DNA of 64,000 nucleotides from NCBI GenBank assembly GCA_947474495.1, contig CANJIM010000001.1, forward strand, positions 27,939 through 91,938, written 5' to 3'. The translations under genes were made by a program, and so were the position numbers. This DNA is from Rhodospirillaceae bacterium (lineage in GTDB: Bacteria > Pseudomonadota > Alphaproteobacteria > SMXQ01). Of this stretch, positions 48,539 to 57,834 are shown in pieces; the first letter of the stretch is position 1, and the number at the start of each line of letters is the position of its first letter. Under the pieces are notes generated by a model. It ran no database searches and had not been told where the DNA came from. It saw only the letters and a list, made by a program, of their open reading frames with translations.

Positions 48539-48850
48539 TTAGACGGCTTCCTTCAGCTCCTTAGCCGGGCGGAAGGCGACCTTCTTGCTCGCCTTGATCT
48601 TGATGGCTTCGCCGGTGGCCGGGTTGCGGCCCATGCGGGCGGCGCGCTTGCGGACCTGGAGGATACCCAGGCCGTTGAGGCGCAGACGGTTGCCCTTCTT
48701 CAGATGCTTGGTGACCATGGCGACAAAGCTGTCGAGGATCGCCGTGGAATCTTTCTTGGTCAGTTCATGAGCTTCCGCCAGTTCGGCAGCGAGCTGCTTG
48801 AGGGAAACGGTCGGCACCTTCACGGTGGCAGTCTTCGGGGTAGTCGCCAT
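48539..48850 (-). CDS. HU-family histone-like DNA-binding protein with about 15-aa N-terminal extension
   Basis: From MATTPKTATVKVPTVSLKQLAAELAE...GNRLRLNGLGILQVRKRAARMGRNPATGEAIKIKASKKVAFRPAKELKE. The HU/IHF arm motif (RNPxTGE) is present. Strong RBS GGAG. ORF-track start 48937 rejected. Confidence 0.85.
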   Translation of the reverse strand: MATTPKTATVKVPTVSLKQLAAELAEAHELTKKDSTAILDSFVAMVTKHLKKGNRLRLNGLGILQVRKRAARMGRNPATGEAIKIKASKKVAFRPAKELKEAV

Positions 48851-49233
48851 GGATAAATCTCCAAAGGGAGGAATAGAGAGCCGCAGAGAATCACAGACAA
48901 AAGGAGAAAACAAGCGTGGCGTAAGGCTTTTTTGCACTTATCCCCATTCTTCGCAAAAATGATGCGGCGCGGCGAAGCTGAGAATCGCCCGCCAAACGCC
49001 GCTTTTTGCGTCTTTTGATTCCCTGCGATCCTATCTCGCCCTTCGCTGCATGATGGATTAACCTAGGCGCCATCGAAGAAAAGCGGTCCTCAAGGCCGCT
49101 GTCGGAGGCTTTCATTCGCGACCCGCAAGACCGCCAGAACCGGCGGCGATCGGCACCAGGCCCGGATTTCAGGATCGCGATCCATGAGCCGGGACGCTGC
49201 CGAACGGGCCGCCCAACGCCTGGGAGAGAAGAT

Positions 49234-50310
49234 ATGCACTGCGTCGTCATCCGCCTGTTCGCCGCGTCGGGGCTCGCCCTCGCCGCCGCGCCCGCGTTCG
49301 CGCAAGATTCCGTGGCCGACTTCTACAAAGGCAAGACCGTCACCGTCATCAGCACGGGCAGCGTCGGCTCGATCTACGATCTCGGCTCGCGCCTGCTGCT
49401 GAAACATATGGCCAAGCATCTGCCGGGCAATCCGGACACCGTCGCCCAGGTGATGACTGGCGGCGGTCATATCGTCGGCACCAATCACCTCTACAACGTC
49501 GCGCCGCGCGACGGCACCACAGTCGGTGCCATCGGCGAAGCCACGCCGTTGCTTCAGGTACTCGAGCCGGACAAGGTGAAATACGATATCCGCAAGTTCA
49601 ACTGGCTGGGCAATCCGGTACTCAACACGCTCACCGTGGTCTCTTGGCACACCACCGGCATCACCGACATCCAGCAGGTGAAGCAGCAGGAGCTGATCAT
49701 CGGCACTGGCGGTCCGGCCTCGCCCTCGACGCTCTATCCGCGCATCCTCAACAGCATCGCCGGCATGAAGTTCAAGATCGTCTCGAGCTACCCCGGGGCG
49801 GAAATCGACCTCGCCATGGAGCGCGGCGAGGTCAACGGCCGCGGCGGCGCCCTGTGGTCCTGGTGGCAGACCAGCAAGCCCCATTGGCTCGCCGAAAAGA
49901 AGATCAACGTCCTGCTGCAGGTCGGCCTGCGCCGCCATCCCGACCTGCCGAACGTGCCGCTGCTGACCGAACTGGCCACCACCCCGGCAGAGAAGCAGAT
50001 CTACGCCTTGTTCTCTTCGACCGTGCTGGTCGGCCGGCCGCTGATCGCGCCGCCGGACGTGCCGGCCGACCGCGTCGCGGCCCTGCGCGCCGCCTTCGAC
50101 GCCACCATGAAGGACGCGACCTACCTGGCCGAAGCCAAGAAGATGAACCTCGACATCGACCCCGTTTCGGGCGCCGAACTGCAACAGGCGATGACAGATC
50201 TCGCCGCCACGCCGCCCGACGTCATCGAATTGGCCAAGGCGGCGCAGACCAAGGGCGCGATCTTCAATTGCAAGGAAATCGCCAAGAATCCGCAAATCTG
50301 CGAAAACTGA
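49234..50310 (+). CDS. TctC/Bug-family periplasmic tricarboxylate-type solute-binding protein
   Basis: Signal peptide, SVGSIYDL..R / GGGHIVG / APRDG motifs comparable to the TctC GGGFDL / PGGVG pattern. Paralogue of 62304-63395. Confidence 0.65.
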   Translation: MHCVVIRLFAASGLALAAAPAFAQDSVADFYKGKTVTVISTGSVGSIYDLGSRLLLKHMAKHLPGNPDTVAQVMTGGGHIVGTNHLYNVAPRDGTTVGAIGEATPLLQVLEPDKVKYDIRKFNWLGNPVLNTLTVVSWHTTGITDIQQVKQQELIIGTGGPASPSTLYPRILNSIAGMKFKIVSSYPGAEIDLAMERGEVNGRGGALWSWWQTSKPHWLAEKKINVLLQVGLRRHPDLPNVPLLTELATTPAEKQIYALFSSTVLVGRPLIAPPDVPADRVAALRAAFDATMKDATYLAEAKKMNLDIDPVSGAELQQAMTDLAATPPDVIELAKAAQTKGAIFNCKEIAKNPQICEN

Positions 50311-50342
50311 GCACCCATCCGCGTCACAACGAGAAGCGAGAC

Positions 50343-51335
50343 ATGAACAAGAAAGTCAGCCTGACCGTCGCCACATCGGATTACGACCATGTGCGCGATT
50401 TCCGATTGGGGACGGTTCAGGCCGAAGGCATCGAGCCCACTTGGCTGACGATGGACATTCACGAGATTTTCTCGCGCTTCACGTTCCATCGCGAGTGGGA
50501 TATTTCCGAACTGTCCTTCGCCAAATTCGTCGCGCAAGTGACCAAGCCCGATTCCGACATCATCGGCCTGCCGGTTTACATGTCGCGCATGTTCCGCTTT
50601 TCGTCGTTTTACGTGAACCGCAAGTCGGGCATCAAAACCGCCAAGGATTTGCGCGGCAAGAAAATCGGCGTGCCGGAATGGGCCCAAACGGCGGCGGTCT
50701 ACACCCGCGGCTGGCTGCAGCATGACGTCGGCATCCCACTCACCGAGATCGACTGGTACCAGGCCGGCACCCACGACAAGGGCCGCATCGAGAAGGTCGA
50801 CCTCACCCTGCCGCCCGGCCTGCGCCTGACGCGCGTGATGGACAAGACGCTGAGCGACATGATCGAGACCGGCGAACTCGACTGCGTGATGATCGCGCGG
50901 CCGCCGCGCCCCTTCACCCGCAAGCATCCCGACGTCGTCCGCTTATTCCCCGACTATCGCGGCGTCGAGGAAGACTATTTCAAGACGACCGGCGTCTATC
51001 CGATCATGCACGGTATCGCCGTGAAGAAGAGCCTGCTCGCGCAGCATCCGTGGATCGCGCGCAATATGTTCACCGCTTTCGAGCAGGCGAAGAACAACAG
51101 CCTCGAACGGCTGCTTGAGAACAGCATCTCGGTCTATCCACTGCCCTGGGTCACCGACCACGCCGAGAAGATGCGTGAGATGTTCAAAGGCGACTTCTTC
51201 CCCTACGGCATCGAAGCCAACCGCCCGACCCTCGAGATGTTCCTGCAATATTGCTTTGAACAGGGCATCGCCACGCGCCACGCCAAGCCGGAGGAGATTT
51301 TCGCCCCCGGTTGCGAGGTTTCCGTTCAAGTTTAA
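50343..51335 (+). CDS. 4,5-dihydroxyphthalate-decarboxylase-like protein (cytoplasmic NMT1/THI5/SsuA-fold family)
   Basis: 330 aa, no signal peptide. LTVATSDYDHVRDF...ELSFAKF...KGKKIGVPEW...FPIMHGIAVKKSL pattern resembles PhtD-type decarboxylases. Confidence 0.6.
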   Translation: MNKKVSLTVATSDYDHVRDFRLGTVQAEGIEPTWLTMDIHEIFSRFTFHREWDISELSFAKFVAQVTKPDSDIIGLPVYMSRMFRFSSFYVNRKSGIKTAKDLRGKKIGVPEWAQTAAVYTRGWLQHDVGIPLTEIDWYQAGTHDKGRIEKVDLTLPPGLRLTRVMDKTLSDMIETGELDCVMIARPPRPFTRKHPDVVRLFPDYRGVEEDYFKTTGVYPIMHGIAVKKSLLAQHPWIARNMFTAFEQAKNNSLERLLENSISVYPLPWVTDHAEKMREMFKGDFFPYGIEANRPTLEMFLQYCFEQGIATRHAKPEEIFAPGCEVSVQV

Positions 51336-51391
51336 CCATCATAGTTGCAACAAGAGCGTGATCCGCACGCCATCAATTTCCGGGAGAAATC

Positions 51392-52585
51392 ATGAGCACG
51401 ACCGCCAAAACCGGCAACATGCAGCAGCTCGCCGCCGACAAGAAATTCCTCGTTGATCCCTATCTCGATTGGGCCAACGGCGAAGGCATTCCGATCCACG
51501 AAGATTTCGGCTTTGACCTGCTGGCGCTGGAAACCGCGCCGTGGGACCGCTATGAGGCGCGCGGCTGCTTCGCCCATGCCATAGGCCGCGGCGATTTCAT
51601 GTCTTGTTACGTGCTGGAAATTCCCGCCGGCGGCAAGACGCGGCCGGTCAAGCATCTCTACGAAGCGTTCTTCTTCACGCTGTCGGGCCATGGCTCGACG
51701 GTGGTATGGACGCCGGACGGCCAGAAGCGCACCTTCGAATGGGGCCCCAAGGCCGTCTTCGCTATTCCGCTCAACTGCACCTATCAGATCTTCAACGGCT
51801 CGGGCCGCGAGCCGGCGCGCGTCTCTTGCACCAACGACGCGCCGCTGACGATCAACCTCTATCACAACCTGAAGTTCGTCTTCGAAAACGACTTCACGTT
51901 TGAAGAGCGTTCCGGCGATTCGAAGCATTTCGACGGCGAGGGCAATTTCATTCCGGTCAAGCCGGGCTCACATATGTGGGAAACCAACTTCGTGCCCGAC
52001 CTGACCAACTTCAAGCTCGAGGAGTTGGAGGACCGCGGGAAGGGCTCGCGCAACATCGCTTTCATTCTCGCCGAAGGCACCATGCACGCCCATAGCTCGG
52101 AAATCCCGACCGGGCGCTACAAGAAGGCTCATCGTCACGCCGCTGGCACCCATGTCCATGCCGTCACCGGCGAAGGCTATTCGCTGCTGTGGTACGAAGG
52201 CGATTCCGAGTTCAAGGAAATCCCCTGGCGTCACGGCATCATGTACGTGCCGCCGTTCTGGATGCTGCATCAGCATTTCAATACCTGCCCGGAGCCGGCG
52301 CGCTATCTCGCCTGTAGCCTGGGCAGCCGGCGCTATCCCTTCATCGCCCTGCGCCGACGCGGCGCCGAGGGCGCGGCCCAGACCTCCATGAGCAAGGGCG
52401 GCCGCCAGATCGACTACGAGGAACAGGATCCGCGCATCCATCACAAGTGGCTGCAGGAGATGGACAAGAACGGCGTCGCCTCCGACATGAGCGACGTGTT
52501 CGACGAGCCCGCGATCCGCGCCCTGAAGCCCGAGCAACTGACCGGCGTCATCCGCACCCCGGTGGCCACCAACCCAAACGAATAA
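51392..52585 (+). CDS. Bicupin protein, probable ring-cleavage dioxygenase of the gentisate/salicylate 1,2-dioxygenase family
   Basis: 397 aa, two cupin modules, His-rich metal motif AHRHAAGTHVHAV in the second cupin, first cupin with H..E pattern. Confidence 0.55.
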   Translation: MSTTAKTGNMQQLAADKKFLVDPYLDWANGEGIPIHEDFGFDLLALETAPWDRYEARGCFAHAIGRGDFMSCYVLEIPAGGKTRPVKHLYEAFFFTLSGHGSTVVWTPDGQKRTFEWGPKAVFAIPLNCTYQIFNGSGREPARVSCTNDAPLTINLYHNLKFVFENDFTFEERSGDSKHFDGEGNFIPVKPGSHMWETNFVPDLTNFKLEELEDRGKGSRNIAFILAEGTMHAHSSEIPTGRYKKAHRHAAGTHVHAVTGEGYSLLWYEGDSEFKEIPWRHGIMYVPPFWMLHQHFNTCPEPARYLACSLGSRRYPFIALRRRGAEGAAQTSMSKGGRQIDYEEQDPRIHHKWLQEMDKNGVASDMSDVFDEPAIRALKPEQLTGVIRTPVATNPNE

Positions 52586-52647
52586 GCTTGCGCGCAAAGC
52601 AAAAGGGCCGGCATTTGCCGGCCCTTTTTCGTTCGAGCCTCGGGAAT

Positions 52648-53793
52648 TCAGCCCCAGACGAGACGCGCCGTTTCCGCCAGGACGGAAAGTTTGCGCCGCT
52701 GGTCATCCTCGCTCACCTTGTTGCCGACGATGTCGGAGGCAAAGCCGCATTGCGGGCTGATGGCGATCTGCTCGAGCGGCACGTATTTCGTCGCCTCGTC
52801 GATCCGGCGGCGCAGGCCGTCGACCGTCTCCATTTCGGGCGTCTTGGTGCTGACCAGGCCAAGCACCACCGTCTTGCCTTTCGGCAGGAAGCGCAACGGC
52901 TCAAAGCTGCCGGCACGCGGCGTATCGTATTCCAGCAAGATGCGGTTATGCGGCAATTCGTTGAGCAGTCGTTCGGCGATGCCGTCGTACTTGCCCTCGC
53001 GGTGCCACATGCTGTGCTGGTTGCCACGGCAGAGATGGATGCCGAAGGTGACGCCGGGGAAACCCGAGACGACGCGCGCCTCAGCCTTCAGCGAGCGCGA
53101 GAAACTCTCCATCGGATCCTCGCCGCGCTGCTTCATCTCATAGAGACTCGGCTCATCGACATAGGCGGTGAAGCCCGGGGCGTCGATATGCACATACTTG
53201 CAGCCGGCGCCGACGAGGCCCTGGATGATCTCCCGCTCGATCGTGATCACATCATCGAGGAAACTATCCATCGTCGGATAGACTGACGACGAGTTCTTGT
53301 AATCGAAGCGCTGCGAGATGCGATCCGGGCCGATCAGTGTCACCTTCGCGGGTGTCTTGGTCTCCTGCGAAACGAAGCGATATTCCTCGAGCGGAATATT
53401 GCGCTTGAGGCTGAGCGGTTTGACCACCGGGCGGCGGTGGGACACCGCCGTGCCGGCTTTGGCCAAATCGGGAATTTCCCAGCGCTGGTTGCCCTTGCTG
53501 CCCTCGACCCGCTTCTCATAGGCCTTCATGCTGCCTTGAGTTGCGTCATAGCCCTCGACCGCGCCGCCAAAGCTGTCTTGAAAGTTGAGGCGGCGCTGTT
53601 CGCCATCGGTCAGCACGGCGAGGCCGGCCTCTTCCTGCATGCGCACGGACTGGCGCACGGCCTTGTCCTCGATCGCGCGAAACTCCACTGCCGGCAGCTT
53701 GCCGTCGTCAAAGGCTTTGCGCGCCTCCTTGAGAAAGGCCGGACGCAGCAGGCTACCGATCACATCAGTGCGGATGCTGTTCAAATCGCTCAT
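52648..53793 (-). CDS. Cobalamin-independent methionine synthase II family protein (MetE C-terminal catalytic-domain homologue, stand-alone)
   Basis: 381 aa. The Zn-binding His/Cys/Glu residue context of the MetE C-terminal barrel is present (IHLCRGN, ISPQCGF). Confidence 0.75.
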   Translation of the reverse strand: MSDLNSIRTDVIGSLLRPAFLKEARKAFDDGKLPAVEFRAIEDKAVRQSVRMQEEAGLAVLTDGEQRRLNFQDSFGGAVEGYDATQGSMKAYEKRVEGSKGNQRWEIPDLAKAGTAVSHRRPVVKPLSLKRNIPLEEYRFVSQETKTPAKVTLIGPDRISQRFDYKNSSSVYPTMDSFLDDVITIEREIIQGLVGAGCKYVHIDAPGFTAYVDEPSLYEMKQRGEDPMESFSRSLKAEARVVSGFPGVTFGIHLCRGNQHSMWHREGKYDGIAERLLNELPHNRILLEYDTPRAGSFEPLRFLPKGKTVVLGLVSTKTPEMETVDGLRRRIDEATKYVPLEQIAISPQCGFASDIVGNKVSEDDQRRKLSVLAETARLVWG

Positions 53794-54010
53794 GGCACGC
53801 TCCCTGATCTTTTCTTATGCCACCATTTTAAGGACGCTGGCCCGCCAGGCCAGACCAATTTGGCGCCCCTATTTTCAGCTGGCCATTTTTAGGTGAGATG
53901 GAGCACATCCGTGCGTATGATGCGGATGGGAGACGAGAACGCGCCGCACCCAAACGGCCGCCACAGACTTCCGAGAAATGAAACACCCGACCTGACGGAT
54001 CGCCCATCGC

Positions 54011-55234
54011 ATGGCCGTGACGCATCCTCTTCTGCGCGTTTGGACTCACCGCAACTACGCCTATTACATCGGCGGCATGACGCCCAATCTCATCACCTTA
54101 TGGATGCAGCGCGTCGGCCTCGGCTGGCTCGCCTGGGAGTTGACCGAATCGACGCTTTGGCTCGGCGTGATCGCTGCCGCCGATCTGGCGCCCATGCTGG
54201 TGCTGGCGCCTTTCGCCGGCGTGGCGGTCGATCGCGGCAACCCGCTGCGCATCCAGCGCATCGCCACCGCGCTCGAAGTCCTGCAGGCGATCGCGCTCGG
54301 CATCTTCACCCTGTTGGGCATGATGCCGATTGAACTGTTGTTCGCACTGTCGCTGATGCTCGGCTGCATCCATCCTTATGCGACGGCAGCGCGCCACGCC
54401 ACCGTGCCCTCGCTTGTCCCGCGCGACATATATGCGACGGCTGTGGCGATGGATTCGGCCCTCTTCAATGCCTCGCGCTTTTTGGGGCCGGCCCTGGCAG
54501 GTCTCGTGATTTCGTTCGCCGGCGCCGGCGGCACGTTCATCGTCAATGCGGTCGGCTGCTCGATCTTTCTCTGGGGGCTCTTTCAAGTCGATATCGTGGC
54601 GCCTACCCGTAGCAAAGAGCGGCGCAGCGTGTGGATCGACGTCAAGGTGAGCACGACTTACATCAGTGAGCATGCCGGCATTGCCGTGTTGTTCCTGCTG
54701 CTCACGGTCATTTCAACTTTCGCGCGACCGCTGCAGGACATGCTGCCCGGCTTTTCAGGCCAAGTGCTCGACAAAGGCGCCATTGGCCTCGCCTGGCTCA
54801 CCTCCAGCATGGGCATCGGCGCCATGGGCGCCGCCATCTGGATCGCATCGCGCGGCCGTATCGCCGGCCTGACTGCGAATGTCGTGCTCGGCTGCCTCGG
54901 CCTCGCCCTATCGATCGCCGGCTTCGTCGCCACCGACAATCTCTATGTGGCAAGCGCCTTCTGCGCGCTGTGCGGCTTCACCATGAACAGCATGTCGACC
55001 AGTGTGCAGACACTGGTGCAATCCACCGTCGGGGATGACATGCGCGGACGCGTGATGTCGTTTTACGCCCTGATCTATCGCGGCACGCCGGCGATCGGCG
55101 CGCTGTTGGTCGGCGCTTTGTCCGACAGCTTGGGTCTACGCTGGGCCTTTGCCGGCGTCGCCGCGATCTGCCTGCTCGCCTGGTTTCTCGTTCTTGGCAA
55201 ACGCCGGACGATGACGGCGGCGCTCGAAAGCTAA
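54011..55234 (+). CDS. MFS transporter (EntS/YbdA-like exporter family)
   Basis: 407 aa, 12 TM helices, MFS_3-like motif pattern. Confidence 0.8.
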   Translation: MAVTHPLLRVWTHRNYAYYIGGMTPNLITLWMQRVGLGWLAWELTESTLWLGVIAAADLAPMLVLAPFAGVAVDRGNPLRIQRIATALEVLQAIALGIFTLLGMMPIELLFALSLMLGCIHPYATAARHATVPSLVPRDIYATAVAMDSALFNASRFLGPALAGLVISFAGAGGTFIVNAVGCSIFLWGLFQVDIVAPTRSKERRSVWIDVKVSTTYISEHAGIAVLFLLLTVISTFARPLQDMLPGFSGQVLDKGAIGLAWLTSSMGIGAMGAAIWIASRGRIAGLTANVVLGCLGLALSIAGFVATDNLYVASAFCALCGFTMNSMSTSVQTLVQSTVGDDMRGRVMSFYALIYRGTPAIGALLVGALSDSLGLRWAFAGVAAICLLAWFLVLGKRRTMTAALES

Positions 55235-55548
55235 GCCGCAGGCGGCGAAGCTTCGGGCTTTTGCGCCGGTGGCGCATGGCGGCGGCGGATCATGCGCGAG
55301 AGATACCAGGCCGCACCCGCCGGCGCGCCGAACACGACGACGAACACCATCAGTTCGACGAGCAAACTGATGCCATGCGCCAAGAAGCCGTAGGCGCCGT
55401 TCAGCACCGTCGCCACCAGCCAGAACCAGATGAACAGGCGGCCGCCGTCGATGAAGCCGGCGCCGCGCGACTTGTTGGCGAAATGCGCGGTAATCAGGAA
55501 CAGCAGCATGGCCGCCATGCCGGATGCGACGAGAATCAGAGTGTGCAT
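55231..55548 (-). CDS. Small hypothetical membrane protein (3 TM)
   Basis: 105 aa from MHTLILVASGMAAMLLFLI, RBS GGAGAG. ORF-track start 55629 is less likely. Confidence 0.45.
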   Translation of the reverse strand: MHTLILVASGMAAMLLFLITAHFANKSRGAGFIDGGRLFIWFWLVATVLNGAYGFLAHGISLLVELMVFVVVFGAPAGAAWYLSRMIRRRHAPPAQKPEASPPAA

Positions 55549-55751
55549 GGTCTCTCCAAAAGCGCGCCATTCAATGAGCTGTTGTGCCCACCGGGCAAGC
55601 GCCTGGCGAGCGCCGCACCCTAACGGCAAAAAACAGGGTAGAGCGAGTCGTCAGGCTGCCCCGTAAGCCTGGGAGATCCAATCGTCCCCCATTCCTGGCA
55701 GTTTATGGGGAACTTGCCATCAGCGCCAGAAAGCCATCGCCTATAAAGCGA

Positions 55752-55967
55752 TCAGGTCTTGGGCTTCGCCATCGGCTGTTGAGGGCGCTTCGATTTGCCA
55801 GCCGCGATGGTCGCCGGCGTGCCCGACGTTTCCGGGGCCTCACCGCTACGCGCGCCATAGGCTTCACGCAACGGCGCGCGCCCTAACGGTTGCGACGGAC
55901 TCGTCTCGATGCCGCCTTTGTCGACATTGCGTGGCTGTTTGAGCGACGATTTGCGCGACGTTGTCAT
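55752..55967 (-). CDS. Hypothetical small basic protein
   Basis: 71 aa MTTSRKSSLKQPRNVDKGG..., RBS GGGAGA 7 nt upstream. No family recognised. Confidence 0.35.
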   Translation of the reverse strand: MTTSRKSSLKQPRNVDKGGIETSPSQPLGRAPLREAYGARSGEAPETSGTPATIAAGKSKRPQQPMAKPKT

Positions 55968-56107
55968 GCGATTCTCCCAACCGTTTGTCCGAAGGCAACG
56001 ATGTGGCACGAGAGCCGTTCCCGTTCGTTAAGGCCTTGTAACGCAAGAGCTTAGGACTCCGACGACGCGAGCCTTAGAAAAGCCCTTTATATCTGCGATA
56101 ATGAAAC

Positions 56108-57163
56108 ATGCGCACGGACACATTCGATCACCGCAATGAACAGGACGGGACCGGCTCTGTCACGCGGCCGGCGCAAAGCGCCTATGGCGAATTCGCGCAA
56201 GCCATGCCGGCCGTGCGGGCCGGGCAGATTGCCTCATCCTTCGGTGGATTCATCGCCACTTGCGCCGTGATGTATGTCCTCGCGGATTACTCAGCTTGGC
56301 TTGCCATCGCGCTCGCGCCGCTGGCCGCCGGCTTTCTCGTCCGCATCTTTATCATTCAGCATGATTGCGGCCATGGCGCCTTCTTTCGAACCCGGCGCAG
56401 CAACGATATCCTCGGGATCATTTGCAGCCTGGTCACGCTGGCGCCTTACGCCGCATGGAAACGTCAGCATGCCGGCCATCACGGCGTGTGGAACAATTTA
56501 GATCAGCGTCAGAGCGGCCTCGATATCTATTCATCCTGCCTGACCGTCGCCGAGTACCGCGCCCTGACGCCTGGCGCCCAGTGGCGGCATCGCTTGATCC
56601 GCCACCCTCTCGTCGCCAATCTTTTGCTGCCGCCGATCGTTTTCCTGCTGCTCTATCGCTTTCCGTTCGACGCGCCGCGCAGCTGGCGCCGAGAAAAAAT
56701 CGCCGTTTATCTGACCGATCTCGCCTTGCTCGCTATCATAGTCGGGCTGGGCCTCGCAGTGGGGTTCGACCGCGTTCTCATTGTGCAATTGCCGGTCATG
56801 GTCTGCGCCGCCATCATCGGCGTCTGGCTGTTCTCGGTTCAGCACCGCTTCGAAAACACCTCTTGGTTGCGCGCCGACGAATGGACAGCCGAGCAAGCCG
56901 CGTTGCGCGGCTCCTCCTATCTCCGCTTGCCCAACATTCTGCGCTGGTTCACCGGCAACATCGGATTTCATCACATCCATCACCTGAACCCGCGCATTCC
57001 CAATTACCGCCTGGCGGCCTGCCAGAAGGCCAATCCGGATCTTCACGACACACCGACCCTGTCCTTCACCGATGCGCTGCGCGCCTGGCGTTACAGCCTA
57101 TGGGATGAAGAGCAGCACCGGATGGTCTCGTTCGCCAGTGCCCATGGACGAGCGGCGCCATGA
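56108..57163 (+). CDS. Membrane fatty-acid desaturase family protein
   Basis: His boxes HDCGH, HAGHHG(VWNN) and FHHIHHLNP, multiple TM helices. Start uncertain (possibly a downstream Met). Confidence 0.85.
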   Translation: MRTDTFDHRNEQDGTGSVTRPAQSAYGEFAQAMPAVRAGQIASSFGGFIATCAVMYVLADYSAWLAIALAPLAAGFLVRIFIIQHDCGHGAFFRTRRSNDILGIICSLVTLAPYAAWKRQHAGHHGVWNNLDQRQSGLDIYSSCLTVAEYRALTPGAQWRHRLIRHPLVANLLLPPIVFLLLYRFPFDAPRSWRREKIAVYLTDLALLAIIVGLGLAVGFDRVLIVQLPVMVCAAIIGVWLFSVQHRFENTSWLRADEWTAEQAALRGSSYLRLPNILRWFTGNIGFHHIHHLNPRIPNYRLAACQKANPDLHDTPTLSFTDALRAWRYSLWDEEQHRMVSFASAHGRAAP

Positions 57164-57636
57164 GCCGCGCCTTCGTCAAGGAAAGTGACGGCGAGGAAAT
57201 TTATGACGATCTGCCCGACCGGCCGATCGATCCGCGTCCCAATTTCGTTACGCCGGCAGGCTTCGCCGCCATCGAGGCGGAAGCCGCGCGCCTGCAGGCG
57301 GCTTTGGCGGATGCGCAAGCGCGTGGCGTGCGCGCCGATATCGCCGAATTGTCGCGCGACCTGACCTACTGGCAATCACGTCGGGCGAGCGCGGAGCTGG
57401 TCCGCCCGGTGGCAGACTGCGACCAGGTCAGGTTCGGTCATCGCGTATCATTGGAATACGAGGACGGCCAGCGACGGTCCTACCGCATTGTCGGCATCGA
57501 CGAGGCCGATCCGGCCAAGGGCCTGCTGTCTTATGTCTCCCCGCTCGCCCAAGCGATGGTCGGCAAGCGCGTCGGCGATCATGCGTCTGCCGGACAGCAA
57601 GGCGCTGCAGAGATCGTCGCTATTGAGTGTATGTGA
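57160..57636 (+). CDS. GreA/GreB-family transcription elongation factor C-terminal-domain protein (Rnk-like)
   Basis: 158 aa, FKBP-like GreA C-domain pattern (VRFGHRVSLEYEDGQRRSYRIVG..EADP..G.LS..SPLAQAMVGKRVGD). ATG overlaps the desaturase stop (ATGA). Confidence 0.65.
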   Translation: MSRAFVKESDGEEIYDDLPDRPIDPRPNFVTPAGFAAIEAEAARLQAALADAQARGVRADIAELSRDLTYWQSRRASAELVRPVADCDQVRFGHRVSLEYEDGQRRSYRIVGIDEADPAKGLLSYVSPLAQAMVGKRVGDHASAGQQGAAEIVAIECM

Positions 57637-57834
57637 TGAGTCGCCCCACGGGAACATTGAGTTCCCAAAAGTCTTGGCAACGTACTTTTTTATACACCAA
57701 ACGATTTAGGTACTCGGGCCGTCGGACTTAGGATATTTTTCCGTGCAGTCGAGAAGTCCCCACAATCTCAGATTGTGAAACTTACGCAAATTATGGTGGG
57801 CACTTACTTAAAATTTGTCTGAACGGGGGATATC

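Noticed and set aside
49090-51335. 401-aa (-) and 563-aa (+) ORFs
   Set aside because: Antisense or alternative frames overlapping the Bug binding protein and the decarboxylase-like gene. The + ORF reads through two real genes in the wrong frame.
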